DNA from: Octopus vulgaris
Lineage: Eukaryota
Assembly: GCA_951406725.2 (NCBI GenBank)
Contig: OX597814.1
Location: forward strand, 5,890,001-5,954,000
Length of the DNA: 64,000 nucleotides
Direction of reading: 5' to 3'
The notes beneath the pieces are model-generated. The model saw nothing but the letters and a program-made list of their open reading frames with translations. It did no database searches and was not told the DNA's origin. Made by a program: the position numbers and the translations under genes. This document shows, piece after piece, positions 11,723 through 23,544 of the stretch. Positions within the stretch are counted from its first letter, which is position 1, and each line of letters begins with the position of its first letter.

Positions 11723-12827
11723 TGTCAAAATGGAAGACCTACACACAGTGAAAAAAAGATTCTGAAGAGAAAAATGCCTGATAAAACTGGAACTCTAAAC
11801 ACAGAACTGGACTACACACAGTGAAAAAATAATATAAATCCGTGTGAAGGATTTAAGTCAGGTTGCAGCGTGTTAGTAGCAATACCAGTAAACAATGTAG
11901 ACTGGTACTACCTGTAGCATTCTGAAGAGAAAAATATTTCATCATCATCATCATCATCATCATCGTTTAACGTCCGTTTTCCATGCTAGCATGGGTTGGA
12001 CAGTTCGACTGGGGTCTGGAAAGCCACGAGGTTGCACCAGGCTCCAGTCTGATCTGGCAGTGTTTCTACAGCTGGATGCCCTTCCTAACGCCAACCACTC
12101 CGTGAGTGTAGTGGGTGCTTTTTATGTGCCAGGTGAGGCTGGCAACGGCACAATTGGTTGGTACTCTTTATGTGCCACCGGCATGGAAGCTAGTCAAGGC
12201 GGTGCTGGCATCGGCCACATATGGATGGTGCTTTTTACTTGCCACCGGCACAGGTGCCAGGGGAGGCTGGCAACGGCCACGATCGGTTGGTGCTTTTTAT
12301 GTGCCACCGGCACGGAAGCCAGTCAAGGCGGCGCTGGCATCGGCCACGTACAGATATGGAAGAAATAAAAAGAAATGAAAAAAAAAACGTTGTGTGAAAG
12401 AAAAAAAATCTCAAAGGGGAGAGGTGCTGTGGTGGACACCCCCAGCTGAGAAGTGGGCTGGTCCATTACTAATAAATAGGGGACAGATTCTGTAAGTAGT
12501 GTCAGTTGGCGAGGTATGCCATTTGGGGCCAGTCATGCAGAGATGACGAAATTTAAGGAACATTTGTATGGTTTCTCCACCCAGCAGCATAATTCCATAA
12601 ACCTGCCCTTGAAATACTTGCTGTTCACTATCCTCTCCCTGCATATAACTTTAAACCTTGTCTAAGACATTTTCATCTGACACCCAATCTAGAATCCCTC
12701 TTTCTAATTTTAAATCTAATCTGCAAATATTTTATGTAACTTAACTCAAGTTTAGAGTGTCTCTTTCTTAGTTTTCAAGTGCCATGAAAAGTAGATTTTA
12801 TTGATGTAGGCAGTACCAGCAGCAGCA

Positions 12828-13170
12828 GGAGGCGCAATGGCCCAGTGGTTAGGGCAGCGAACTCACGGTCGGAGGATCGCGGTTTCGATTCCCAGATCAG
12901 GCGTTGTGTGTGTTTATTGAGTGAAAACACCTAAAGCACCACGAGGCTCCGGCAGGGGGTGGTGGCGACCCCTGTTGTACTCTTTCGCCCCAACTTTCTC
13001 TCACTCTTTCTTCCTGTTTCTTGTCCCCGACTTCCTATGCAACCGCTGAGCCTGGATGCGCATTCATCCATCCGTCGATGCTCTCGGTGTCGGGGGTCGA
13101 CCTGCTTTCTCTTCTGTGGGTCTTACGAATAGCAAAGGACCACGTTTCGGACTTCTCTCACGAAGACCGC
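12828..13170 (+). mobile_element. tRNA-derived SINE family B, tail type 1
   Basis: GGAGGCGCAATGGCCCAGTGGTTAGGGCAGCG...GTTTCGATTCC head. The 3' half is shared with the 55439 copy and is followed by (GCA)n. Confidence 0.8.
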
Positions 13171-13198
13171 TTTGCTCAACAAACAAACAAACAGACAA

Positions 13199-13291
<93 letters not shown>

Positions 13292-13489
13292 CAGACATAT
13301 TGACTTTGCAAAATGTTTTGACTGATGTTTAAGGCATGTTTAACTGTTGCTAAATAGTATGGCAAAGTTTGGGAAGTAGTTTGCGATTTCTCTGGCATTG
13401 GAAGTCGATTAAAAGAGCAACATCTGCAAAAAGGGAAAAAAAGAGCTTATTAGTATTGCATAGTGTTTTTAGAAGTTGTCGTCATCGCT

Positions 13490-13490
13490 G

Positions 13491-13523
<33 letters not shown>

Positions 13524-13671
13524 CCATCATCATCGTCGTCGTCATCATCATCATCACCATCATCATCACCATCATCATCATCATCATTATCATCATCATA
13601 GTCGTCGTCGTCATCATCATCATCATCATCATCACCATCAACATCATCATCATCACCACCATCATCATCAC

Positions 13672-13730
<59 letters not shown>

Positions 13731-13812
13731 CCGTCATCATCGTCACCATCATCGTCGTCATCATCATCATCATCATCATCATCATCACCATCACCATCAT
13801 CAGCATCATCAC

Positions 13813-13868
<56 letters not shown>

Positions 13869-13898
13869 CCATCATCATCATCGTCACCATCATCATCG

Positions 13899-13934
<36 letters not shown>

Positions 13935-13956
13935 CTATCATCATCATCACCATCAT

Positions 13957-14015
<59 letters not shown>

Positions 14016-14026
14016 CCATCATCACC

Positions 14027-14109
<83 letters not shown>

Positions 14110-14135
14110 CATCATAATCATCATCATCATCATCT
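13490..14135. repeat. Long imperfect (CAT)n microsatellite
   Basis: Directly visible. Confidence 0.97.
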
Positions 14136-14614
14136 TCCAGCTCTTTGCATTCTGAGTCGAAATTCTGCTGTGGTTGACTTTGCCATTAATTCTTTCAGAT
14201 TTGAAGAAATAAATACCAGTCATGCACTGGGGGTCGAGGTAATTAGCTCCCCACCCCCCAAAAAAAATTTCGAGCCTTGTGCCTATAGCAGACAGCATTA
14301 TTATTGTTCTGGTTTGAACCCGATTCAGCATCAGGGAAATAAATGGGACATAACTCTGCTACATGGGAGATAATTCAATATAGGACAGCAGAAACAATTG
14401 TTGTTCCTCTATAATCTTCAACTGACAAAATCACAATCGACCCCTCCCCACCCCACCATGTTAATGAATTCTCTCCCACACTTTAATGAGCTCTTCTTTC
14501 CTGTAGGGAACTCTTTTGTCCCCTATTATGCTAATAACAAGACAAGACAAAATACAGTTTGCAGGCCCCACAATTCATTTAAAACTATAACAACTTTGGG
14601 GTAATTTCTATACT

Positions 14615-14645
<31 letters not shown>

Positions 14646-14647
14646 TA

Positions 14648-15043
14648 CTAGCAGTATCGCCCGGCGTTGCTCGGGTTTGTAAGGGAAATAACTATATAAG
14701 CATTTTAGAGAGTTATAGCCCAAAAATAGCAAAAAAATTCATTAAAAATGGAAAAAAAATGATGGTAAATTTTTTAAAAAATCGTTGACTCATCGTAGAC
14801 ATTTTTAGAGAGTTACTTCCCTTATATAATAGCGAAAAAATGCATTAAAATGGAATAAAATAATGGTAAATTTTTTTTTAAATCGTAGACTCATCATAGA
14901 CGCACGCTAATACTTAGAAGGGCTCGATATGAATCACGACTATAAGATACCCGGTTTTGGTTAAACTGCACCGCAAAATGTGGGAGTAGTTAGGAATCTA
15001 AATCGTAGGAGACAGACAGCACACAACCTCACTTTTATATATA
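14648..15043 (-). mobile_element. Non-autonomous Helitron (same family)
   Basis: Near-identical to 5081-5485, with a CTAG end and the CCCGAGCAACGCCGGG hairpin. Confidence 0.8.
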
Positions 15044-15324
15044 CATATATACACGGGCATACACATTAATGAAAGCATTTCCACATTATCTGACATCATA
15101 TTTCTCACCTTCTTTTCTTTCAAGCAACAATTTTATCAACCTCACCAATATTTCTTCATCTCTATCAAACGCTGGGGCAGCTATGCATCTACTCTACAGG
15201 AAGACCCTTACTTCTGCCCCCTCTTAACCTTTAATCTATGAACTGGCTCAAAGCCACCTCACCCCCTCATTACTACTCCTCACTCCCAGCCGAGGGCCGT
15301 TTGTCTTGCAGGGTACTTGGTGAC

Positions 15325-16066
15325 CCGCCAGTCAGGCGGTATTGGCAATGACCTCGCTCGAATCTTTTTACACATGACACCGGCACAGGTGCCAGTAAGG
15401 CGACATTGGTAATTATCACACTCGACTGGTGCCCTTTTACGTGCCACAGCACAGGAGTGGTATTGGCAATGACCTCGCTCGAATCTTTTTACACATGACA
15501 CCGGCACAGGTGCCAGTAAGGCGACATTGGTAATTATCACACTCGAATGGTGCCCTTTTACGTGCTACAGCACAGGGGCCAGTCAGGCGGTATTGGCAAT
15601 GACCTCGCTCGAATCTTTTTACACATGCCACCGGCACAGGTGCCAGTAAGGCGACGCTGGTAATTATCACACTCGAATGGTGCCCTTTTACGTGCTACAG
15701 CACAGGGGCCAGTCAGGCGGTATTGGCAATGACCTCGCTCGAATCTTTTTACACATGCCACCGGCACAGGTGCCAGTAAGGCGACGCTGGTAATTATCAC
15801 GCTCGAATGGTGCCCTTTTACGTGCCACAGCACAGGGGCCAGTCAGGTGGTATTGGCAATGACCTCGCTCGAATCTTTTTACACATGCCACCGGCACAGG
15901 TGCCAGTAAGGCGACGCTGGTAATTATCACGCTCGAATGGTGCCCTTTTACGTGCCACAGCACAGGGGCCAGTCAGGTGGTATTGGCAATGACCTCGCTC
16001 GAATCTTTTTACACATGACACCGGCACAGGTGCCAGTAAGGCGACGTTGATAACAATCACGCTCGA
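15325..16066. repeat. 130-bp tandem array (about 5.7 units) derived from the RTE 3' UTR
   Basis: Period of 130 (15558, 15688, 15818, 15948). The monomer occurs once at about 23740-23860 and 31525-31650. Confidence 0.92.
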
Positions 16067-16263
16067 ATTTATTGACTCCAAAAGGATGTAAAGCAAAGTC
16101 GACCTCAGCAGAGTTTGAACTCAGAATTTAAAGACAGACAAAATGCCACAAAGCATTTTGCTAACAGTTCCAACCATTTACCATTTACCATTCTACAATC
16201 AACTCACTTATTGATCTTCTGGTGATAACAAAATCTGATCGATCAGTTTTAATTTCTTTGCAG

Positions 16264-16410
16264 ATTCTATCAATGACGACGAAGTGTCCAATGTTGTGTA
16301 CAGTAACAGAGATGTGGAGTATGACAATATAGTGACCACCCTCACAGACCAATCATTTGCAGATCTGGAACAATCATCTCAGCTGACGTTGGTCATCTTC
16401 TATTTGCCAT
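16264..16410 (+). CDS. TXNDC16: TXNDC16-like exon (SINDDEVSNVVY...LTDQSFADLEQSSQLTLVIFYLP)
   Basis: ttgcag acceptor and GTAAGT donor, phase 1 to 1. DDEV...LTxxxF...VIFY matches the start of a thioredoxin-like domain (vertebrate DDEVAETV...LTEETF...VLFY, recalled). Confidence 0.9.
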
Positions 16411-16594
16411 GTAAGTGTTTTTCGTCTGCATCTCATTATGGCAGCAACAATATCCGGCATTTATGGGGGGGGGGGGCGGGTTGGTCTTCAAAATCATTAC
16501 CCTTGTTATCATGTTAGAGTTTTGTTCTGTTGTAGTAGTAGTAGTAGTAGTAGTGGGTGGTGGTGGTGGTGGTAGTAGCAGCAGCAGCAGCACC

Positions 16595-16664
16595 AGAAGA
16601 AGAAGAAGAAGAAGAGGAAGAAGAAGAAGATGAAGAAGAAGAAGAGGAAGAAGAAGAAGAGGAA

Positions 16665-16726
<62 letters not shown>

Positions 16727-16754
16727 AGAAGAAGAGGAAGAAGAAGAAGAGGAA

Positions 16755-16798
<44 letters not shown>

Positions 16799-16881
16799 AG
16801 AAGAAGAGGAAGAAGAGGAAAGAAGAAGGAGAAGATGAAGAAGAAGAAGATGAAGAAGAAGAAGAAGAAGAAGAAGAAGAA

Positions 16882-16925
<44 letters not shown>

Positions 16926-16929
16926 GGAA

Positions 16930-16961
<32 letters not shown>

Positions 16962-17046
16962 GGAAGAAGAAGAAGAAGAGGAAGAAGAGGAAAGAAGAAG
17001 GAGAAGAGGAGGAGGAGGAGGAGGAGGAAAGAAGAAGGAGAAGAAG
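16595..17046. repeat. (GAA)n/(GAG) polypurine tract
   Basis: Directly visible. Confidence 0.97.
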
Positions 17047-17357
17047 TCTTAACGGAAGTCCGAATGCTGCAAATTCATTTGAAGCAGTCGAATTGCTGCA
17101 GCTGGAATTGTGTTGGTATTTGGAAGTTCTGGGAAGAACTTGGTCCATGAGAACAGTGCTGCTTGGTCAAGTTTGGTAGTGGAGGAACTTGCCTTACGTT
17201 TTGGATTGTAGTTCCTATATGGGAAGAAAGAGTACTGCATTGGAACTGTCTTCCTTGAAAAATCTGTTTGGCCATGAGGGAGTCTCACCTTTCTCTTGGA
17301 AATAGGTGGAAGTTGGTGAAAGGAACAGCATCAGGCCGTGGACAGTCTTCTTCAATG

Positions 17358-17391
<34 letters not shown>

Positions 17392-17441
17392 CATCCCGTA
17401 GTATTTCTTACCTAGATTGACCGGGGGGGGGGGTAGGATAC

Positions 17442-18178
17442 ACTCTTTTACTCTTTTACTTGTTTCAGTCATTTGACTGCGGCCATGCTGGAGCACCGCC
17501 TTTAGTCGAGCAAATCGACCCCCGGGACTTATTCTTTTGTAAGCCCAGTACTTATTCTATCGGTCTCTTTTTGCCGAACCGCTAAGTGACGGGGACGTAA
17601 ACACACCAGCATCGGTCGTCAAGCAATGCTAGGGGGACAAACACAGACACACAAACATATACACACGCACTTATATATATATATATATATACATATATAC
17701 GACAGGCTTCTTTCAGTTTCTGTCTACCAAATCCACTCACAAGGCATTGGTCAGCCCGGGGCTATAGCAGAAGACACTTGCCCAAGATGCCATGCAGTAG
17801 GACTGAATGGTTCCGGGTTCAGTCCCACTGCGTGGCATCTTGGGCAAGTGTCTTCTGCTATAGCCCCGGGCCGACCAATGCCTTGTGAGTGGATTTGGTA
17901 GACAGAAACTGAAAGAAGCCTGTCGTATATATGTATATATATATATATATATGTGTGTGTGTATATGTTTGTGTGTCTGTGTTTGTCTCCCTAGCATTGC
18001 TTGACAACCGATGCTGGTGTGTTTACGTCCCCGTCACTTAGCGGTTCGGCAAAAGAGACCGATAGAATAAGTACTGGGCTTACAAAGAATAAGTCCTGGG
18101 GTTGATTTGCTCGACTAAAGGCGGTGCTCCAGTGTGGCCGCAGTCAAATGACTGAAACAAGTAAAAGAGTAAAAGAGT
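17442..18178. mobile_element. Head-to-head pair of 5'-truncated family A SINEs (palindrome)
   Basis: A minus copy at 17442-17807 directly abuts a plus copy at 17808-18178. Confidence 0.85.
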
Positions 18179-18841
18179 ATGCCCAATTACAAATGCTGAC
18201 CTTTGTACCTTTGACCTTTACATTGTCAAATGAAAGGATTAAAACCAATACAACAAAAACAAAGATAAGAGTACTGACACATACTGTCCCCACCAAACGA
18301 AAGGGACACACACACACACACTTTCTACATACATGAAAAAATTCTAAATAATAACATAACCCCAAATTTAATCAGTAAATCAGTCTCCAAAACAACCTTC
18401 CATGACAATCCTCACTGAAAACCTAATTACCACTCCATCCAAGCCCACCTCCCTGATGAAGCTTTTTAAGTCAAGACTATCTAAATCCAGGATTAACTCT
18501 GATGCATTGAAGTCTGGTGATGGCTTAACTGGCTGGAATTTTGAAGTCACAATCAATATGAAGAATATATAGATATATGTAAATGAAGACTTCCCACAAG
18601 ACAAATATTCCTACTACAACTCCAAACTCTTCCTAAACTCTTTCTTGATATCCATACTCCTGTCATCATATTTGTGTCAGCAATCAATATTTAATTGCTG
18701 CCAAATGATCTCATTGAATGGAAAAAATCAATGTCTTCTTTGAGGCTGGATACTGAAAAATGGTTGGATTTATTCCACCTGTATTGACAGCTCTGTATAA
18801 AGATCCTGATATTAAGATCTGTTGCTTCTATTTCACATATC

Positions 18842-19826
18842 TTAACCTTTTTGTTACCAACCCAACTGAAACCGCCTCTGGCTCTGAGTACAACTGTCTT
18901 GTTTTCATAAGTTCTGAATTAAAATCTTCCACCAAACCTTAGTCGCAATTTATGTTCCTAACACTAGCTTAATGATAATTAAGTTATTTTATTAAATTCT
19001 TTGTTATATCTAAAATTAATTGAAAGAAACAGAAAGCATCTCAACAGAAATATTATAATAGAAGGGTTAAAATATATAATAGAGAAACAATTCTTAACCC
19101 TTTTGATACCAACCTGGTTGAAACCGCCTCTGGCTCTGAGTACAAATGTCTTGTTTTCATAAGTTCTGAATTAAAATCTTCCACCAAACCTTAGTCGCAA
19201 TTTATGTTCCTAACACTAGCTTAATGATAATTAAGTTATTTTATTAAATTCTTTGTTATATCTAAAATTAATTGAAAGAAACAGAAAGCATCTCAACAGA
19301 AATATTATAATAGAAGGGTTAAAATATATAATAGAGAAACAATTCTTAACCCTTTTGATACCAACCTGGTTGAAACCGCCTCTGGCTCTGAGTACAAATG
19401 TCTTGTTTTCATAAGTTCTGAATTAAAATCTTCCACCAAACCTTAGTCGCAATTTATGTTCCTAACACTAGCTTAATGATAATTAAGTTATTTTATTAAA
19501 TTCTTTGTTATATCTAAAATTAATTGAAAGAAACAGAAAGCATCTCAACAGAAATATTATAATAGAAGGGTTAAAATATATAATAGAGAAACAATTCTTA
19601 ACCCTTTTGATACCAACCTGGTTGAAACCGGCTCTGGCTCTGAGTACAAATGTCCTGTTTTCATAAGTTTTGAATGAAAATCTTCCACCAAACCTTAGTC
19701 ACAATTTATGTTCTTAACACTAGCTGAATAATAACTAAGTTATTTTACTAAATTCTTTGTTATATTTAAAATTAATTGAAAGAAACACAGAGCTTCTCAA
19801 CAGAAATGCAGTAACGAAAGGGTTAA
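18842..19826 (+). mobile_element. Tandem array of four TTAA-flanked MITEs (piggyBac-like termini), 252-bp period
   Basis: Each unit reads TTAACC(C)TTT...AAGGGTTAA plus a short spacer. Units start at 18842, 19094, 19346 and 19598. Confidence 0.8.
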
Positions 19827-19925
19827 TTCTCTATCAGAAATATTTTGGTCAAGGAATTATTGTAAATGTTTGGCTAAAATCTAAGACAATTTCAGACACA
19901 AATCATAATACCCTTTTCTCAACAG

Positions 19926-20175
19926 ATAACCCTGTATACTCAGCACTTTTACAACATTTTCTGGAATGGAAGCAAAAATATGGTTCATTATACCCGCATC
20001 TTTCGGTTGCTTGTTTTAACTGCTTTGACTGGACAGATGTCTGTGAGAAGCAACATATTCTTCACACACCTACCCTGCAACTATTTGGTCAGAAACAGGG
20101 CCTATCAACCTCAAAGACTGCTATCAATTACACAGGAGCTCTCCATGCAACAGACATCATGGCTTTCTTGTATTT
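19926..20175 (+). CDS. TXNDC16: TXNDC16-like exon (NPVYSALLQHF...NCFDWTDVCEKQHI...YTGALHATDIMAFLYL)
   Basis: caacag acceptor and GTAAGT donor, phase 1 to 2. NCxDWxDVCxKQ is the TXNDC16 signature (vertebrate NCADWSDVCTKQ, recalled). Confidence 0.92.
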
Positions 20176-20879
20176 GTAAGTGTTGCCTTTTCATAATGTT
20201 TCAAATTTTTGAAAAAAAACTCACTTTCTGGAATAGTAAGATTTTGAAAAGTCCAAATTTTAAGATAAAAGTTATTTTAATTCATAATTTAGAAGTAGGG
20301 TTCGTTATTTCACTCCGATGTAGACAGGAAGTCACTTTTCTCTTTAAAAGTTAACAAAGATAGAGGGTAATACCTTGGTTCTGTGCTGGGCCTCTCGACT
20401 AGATTGGTGAGGGTGATGTGGCTGATACCCCAACATCTGCAGGTTGAATATGGGTGGGAAATGGAAGAAGAAGGTCTTCTCTAACTACTTTGAGAAAATA
20501 TTAATGTATTTTATAAAGTGAACTGCAAAAAGTGAGGATGTAGTATTTATTGTGGGGTGGAGGATCCTATACCACCCAGAGCTGAAGGCAGCCAGGGGGA
20601 CAGGGTGGTATCAAACAGGACTACCACAATAATCTTTGTGAATGCAAACTATTCGGGGGAATTAATTAGTTAATAGATATATAATTGAGTAGAAAGCAAA
20701 ATAGGTTTTAATTAATTAATACAATATAAGATAGGAGAACATAAAGGTTTGGATCGTTGATGATAAAACCAGTCAACAATCATCAACTTGTAACGAATAA
20801 AGAATCTATTAATAAGAAATAGCTAATTGATATATATACCATCACCACCACCACTACCACTCATCATCATCATCATCAT

Positions 20880-20923
<44 letters not shown>

Positions 20924-21124
20924 CCATCATCATCATCATTATCATCATTGTTTAACGTCTGTTTTCCATGCTGGCATGGGTTGGACGGTTTGACTGTGGA
21001 CTGGCAAGCCAAGAGGCCACACCAGGATCCAATCTGATCTGGCAACGTTTCTTCACCTGGACTATATTTAATAAATATGTTTGATATTTATATTTGACCA
21101 TTATTTTTGCTGTTTATGTTTCAG

Positions 21125-21252
21125 ACACCATTTTAATGAAACCGTCCACCTGAAAGAAGCAGACATACCCAGTCTTCTAAGCGGCCAGTTTCAGAGTATA
21201 GCTAACATTACATCCCATTGCCTTCTTGGATTGTTTTCTGAAGATTCTGAAG
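21125..21252 (+). CDS. TXNDC16: TXNDC16-like exon (HHFNETVHL...LLSGQF...LLGLFSEDSE)
   Basis: tttcag acceptor and GTAAGG donor, phase 2 to 1. LSG and LGLFS motifs. Confidence 0.88.
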
Positions 21253-21301
21253 GTAAGGTACTGCTCTTGTTGTTGTTGTTGTTATATTCCATAATCTATC
21301 T

Positions 21302-22822
21302 TGTTCTGACCCCTCTTCACACATTTTAATCCCTCATCTCATACCATAAAGCTGCCTTACTCTCTACTGTTGGCCCTCTCAGTTAAACGAGATCTTAGTC
21401 CTGCTTATTACCTGGTGACCTCACTAGTGCTGGTGCCATGAAGAAGAGCACCCGGTCCATTCTGTAAAGTGGCAGGCATTTGGAAAGGCATCCAGCCATA
21501 GAAATGATGCCAAAGCAGGTATTGCAGCATGATGTAGTCTTCAGATCATCCAACCAATGCCACAATGGAAGAAGACAGATTTTCAACGATGATAGAGTTC
21601 GTTAGTATTTCAGTATTTTAGGAGAATCTAAAGATTGTGGGTCTCTAAATATTTTTATGAGTATTCGACATATCCTCCTTCCCCAATGTTGTGGCAACAC
21701 CACGATATTGTGACGGATCGTTTAGATACACTGTACCAGTGTTGTAACAGTAAACAAGATAACGAAGCAGCCGTAATAACAACGTAACGAACCAACAATT
21801 ACTATTCCAAACGAACTAACCAACTGACACCTTCAGACTTCACTGCGAACTCAAACTAACACACCAACTTCACTCTGACTGCTACTATTTATAATCACTC
21901 GGTCCAGTCTATTTCTCACAAGGGGGTGTTGTGACTCTCATCTCAACAGTATTTCAATGAATGAATGAAGTAAATAATTTCCTTTAAAAATAAGCCTGAG
22001 TTTAAAATTCCTTTATCAACATCCTCATCATCATCATCATCACCATCGTTTAACGTCCGCTTTTCATGCTAGCATGGATTGGACGATTTTGACTGAGGGC
22101 TGGCAAACCAGATGGCTGCACCAGGCTCCAATCTTGATCTGGCAGAGTTTCTACAGCTGGGATGCCCTAAAAATCCTGAAGTTCAGTAATTAGTGTTGAT
22201 GATTATTTTTTTAATACTGGTTTCATTCTTTAATTAGTTGTGCTCATTATAACAAAGACCATGCTGGAGCACCTCCATTTTCATTTAAAAAACAAGCCCA
22301 GTCAAGATATCTAGCCCCCAGTATTGATATATCTGTTGACCACTAGAATGCCCCCCAAATACTGAATGTAAGGGAACATAACTAAGTCCCTCTTCTGACA
22401 GTGAGAGAAATTTTAATTAATTTTATTTTTTCCTCAATTATATTAATTTTGTCAGCGTTCTCTTTTAAGTTGATAAAATTAAAGTCAGAATGATAATAAT
22501 AATGATGATGTCATTGCTGTCATCATCGGTGAAAATCTGTCTTCTCCGTTGTGGCATTGGCTGGATGATCTGACAGATCTGAAGACTACATCATGCTGCA
22601 ATACCTGCTTTGGCATCATTTCTATGGCTGGATGCCTTTCCTAATGCCTGCCACTTTACAGAATGGACCGGGTGCTTTTCTTCATGGCACCAGCACTAGT
22701 GAGGTCACCAGATAATAAGCAAGACTAAGATCTCGTTTAACTGAGAGGGGCAACAGTAGAGAGTAAGGCAGCTTTATGGTATGAGATGAGGGATTAAAGT
22801 GTGTGAAGAGGGGTCAGAACAG
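21302..22822. repeat. ~290-bp inverted repeat pair (21302-21593 and 22523-22822) in one intron
   Basis: Near-identical reverse complements by eye. Confidence 0.9.
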
Positions 22823-23192
22823 AATAGGGTTCTTGCTGTAGAGGAGGTACATGGCTAGTGACATCGTAGAAGAGTGGGTGGGAATGTCTAGGATGGAGCT
22901 GGAAAGAGAGATAAAAATAGGGGTGGTGAGGTGTCATACCCTTAAGGTATGAGGTAAGTAGACATGTGGTAGGTAGCGGTTGTAAGAGTGCATGGGAGGG
23001 TGAGAGATGGGAAATGGGTTGCGGAATAATGAATAAGGAAGATAGGGAAGAGAAGAGGCTAGATTTGATAAATTCTCTTAGAGTCTACAAATGGTTTTAA
23101 ACTGTTTAAATATTCTTAAATATTTACTGTCAATTCTTTACTATCTTTTCCTTTTTTTTTTTTTGTTTGTTTTTTCAACCTTCAATTTTTAG

Positions 23193-23277
23193 AGTTGAAA
23201 AACTTTTCAAGAGCAGCGAAGGAGAAGAGAGGGACATCATTATTCACTTTCCTGACGGGAGACGCTGCGAAAAAATT
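23193..23277 (+). CDS. TXNDC16: TXNDC16-like exon (LKNFSRAAKEKRGTSLFTFLTGDAAKK)
   Basis: Long pyrimidine tract plus AG and GTATGT donor, phase 1 to 2. PDI b-domain-like FxxAAxxxRG helix. Confidence 0.88.
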
Positions 23278-23544
23278 GTATGTAATTTCTTGCTCCATAG
23301 ATTTATGATTGGAAATCTTCAGGTCTTTATTTTACTGCTGTCTTTTCACCCCCAATAATGTATATATCTGTGCACTAACACTCACACACACACACACACA
23401 CACATTTATACACATGGTAAATATTTTTATTTTTCATTCACTTCGAAATTACTCTTAACTGTGGTTTGGACTTTTTGACTGTTCTTTCTAGTATGTTAGG
23501 CAACCTGTTTAAGGGCTTGCCTCTTTGTGTTTAAATGTACATTC

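Noticed and set aside
12828-12905. tRNA-like sequences at SINE heads (also 6771, 34894, 45593, 55439)
   Set aside because: The cloverleaves are imperfect and fused to SINE bodies, some with TSDs, so they are not tRNA genes.
13369-14373. 334-aa poly-His ORF and similar poly-His/Glu/Lys/Pro/HT/CV ORFs (7397, 16393, 36021, 54332, 56170, 60547)
   Set aside because: These are translations of microsatellites that lack stop codons. They lie in introns and have no other coding signal.
15325-16066. Regular repeat array resembling CRISPR or repeated small genes
   Set aside because: There are no unique spacers, the unit is LINE UTR sequence, and the context is eukaryotic.
17047-17355. Complex segment between the GAA and CA tracts with short open frames
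   Set aside because: It has no recognisable motif or splice pair fitting the gene. It is probably an old repeat fragment, but I cannot assign it.
19757-19925. N-terminal extension of the 140-aa ORF into the MITE (possible exonisation)
   Set aside because: A good acceptor at 19924-19925 gives the correct phase and homology. The extension is chance read-through.
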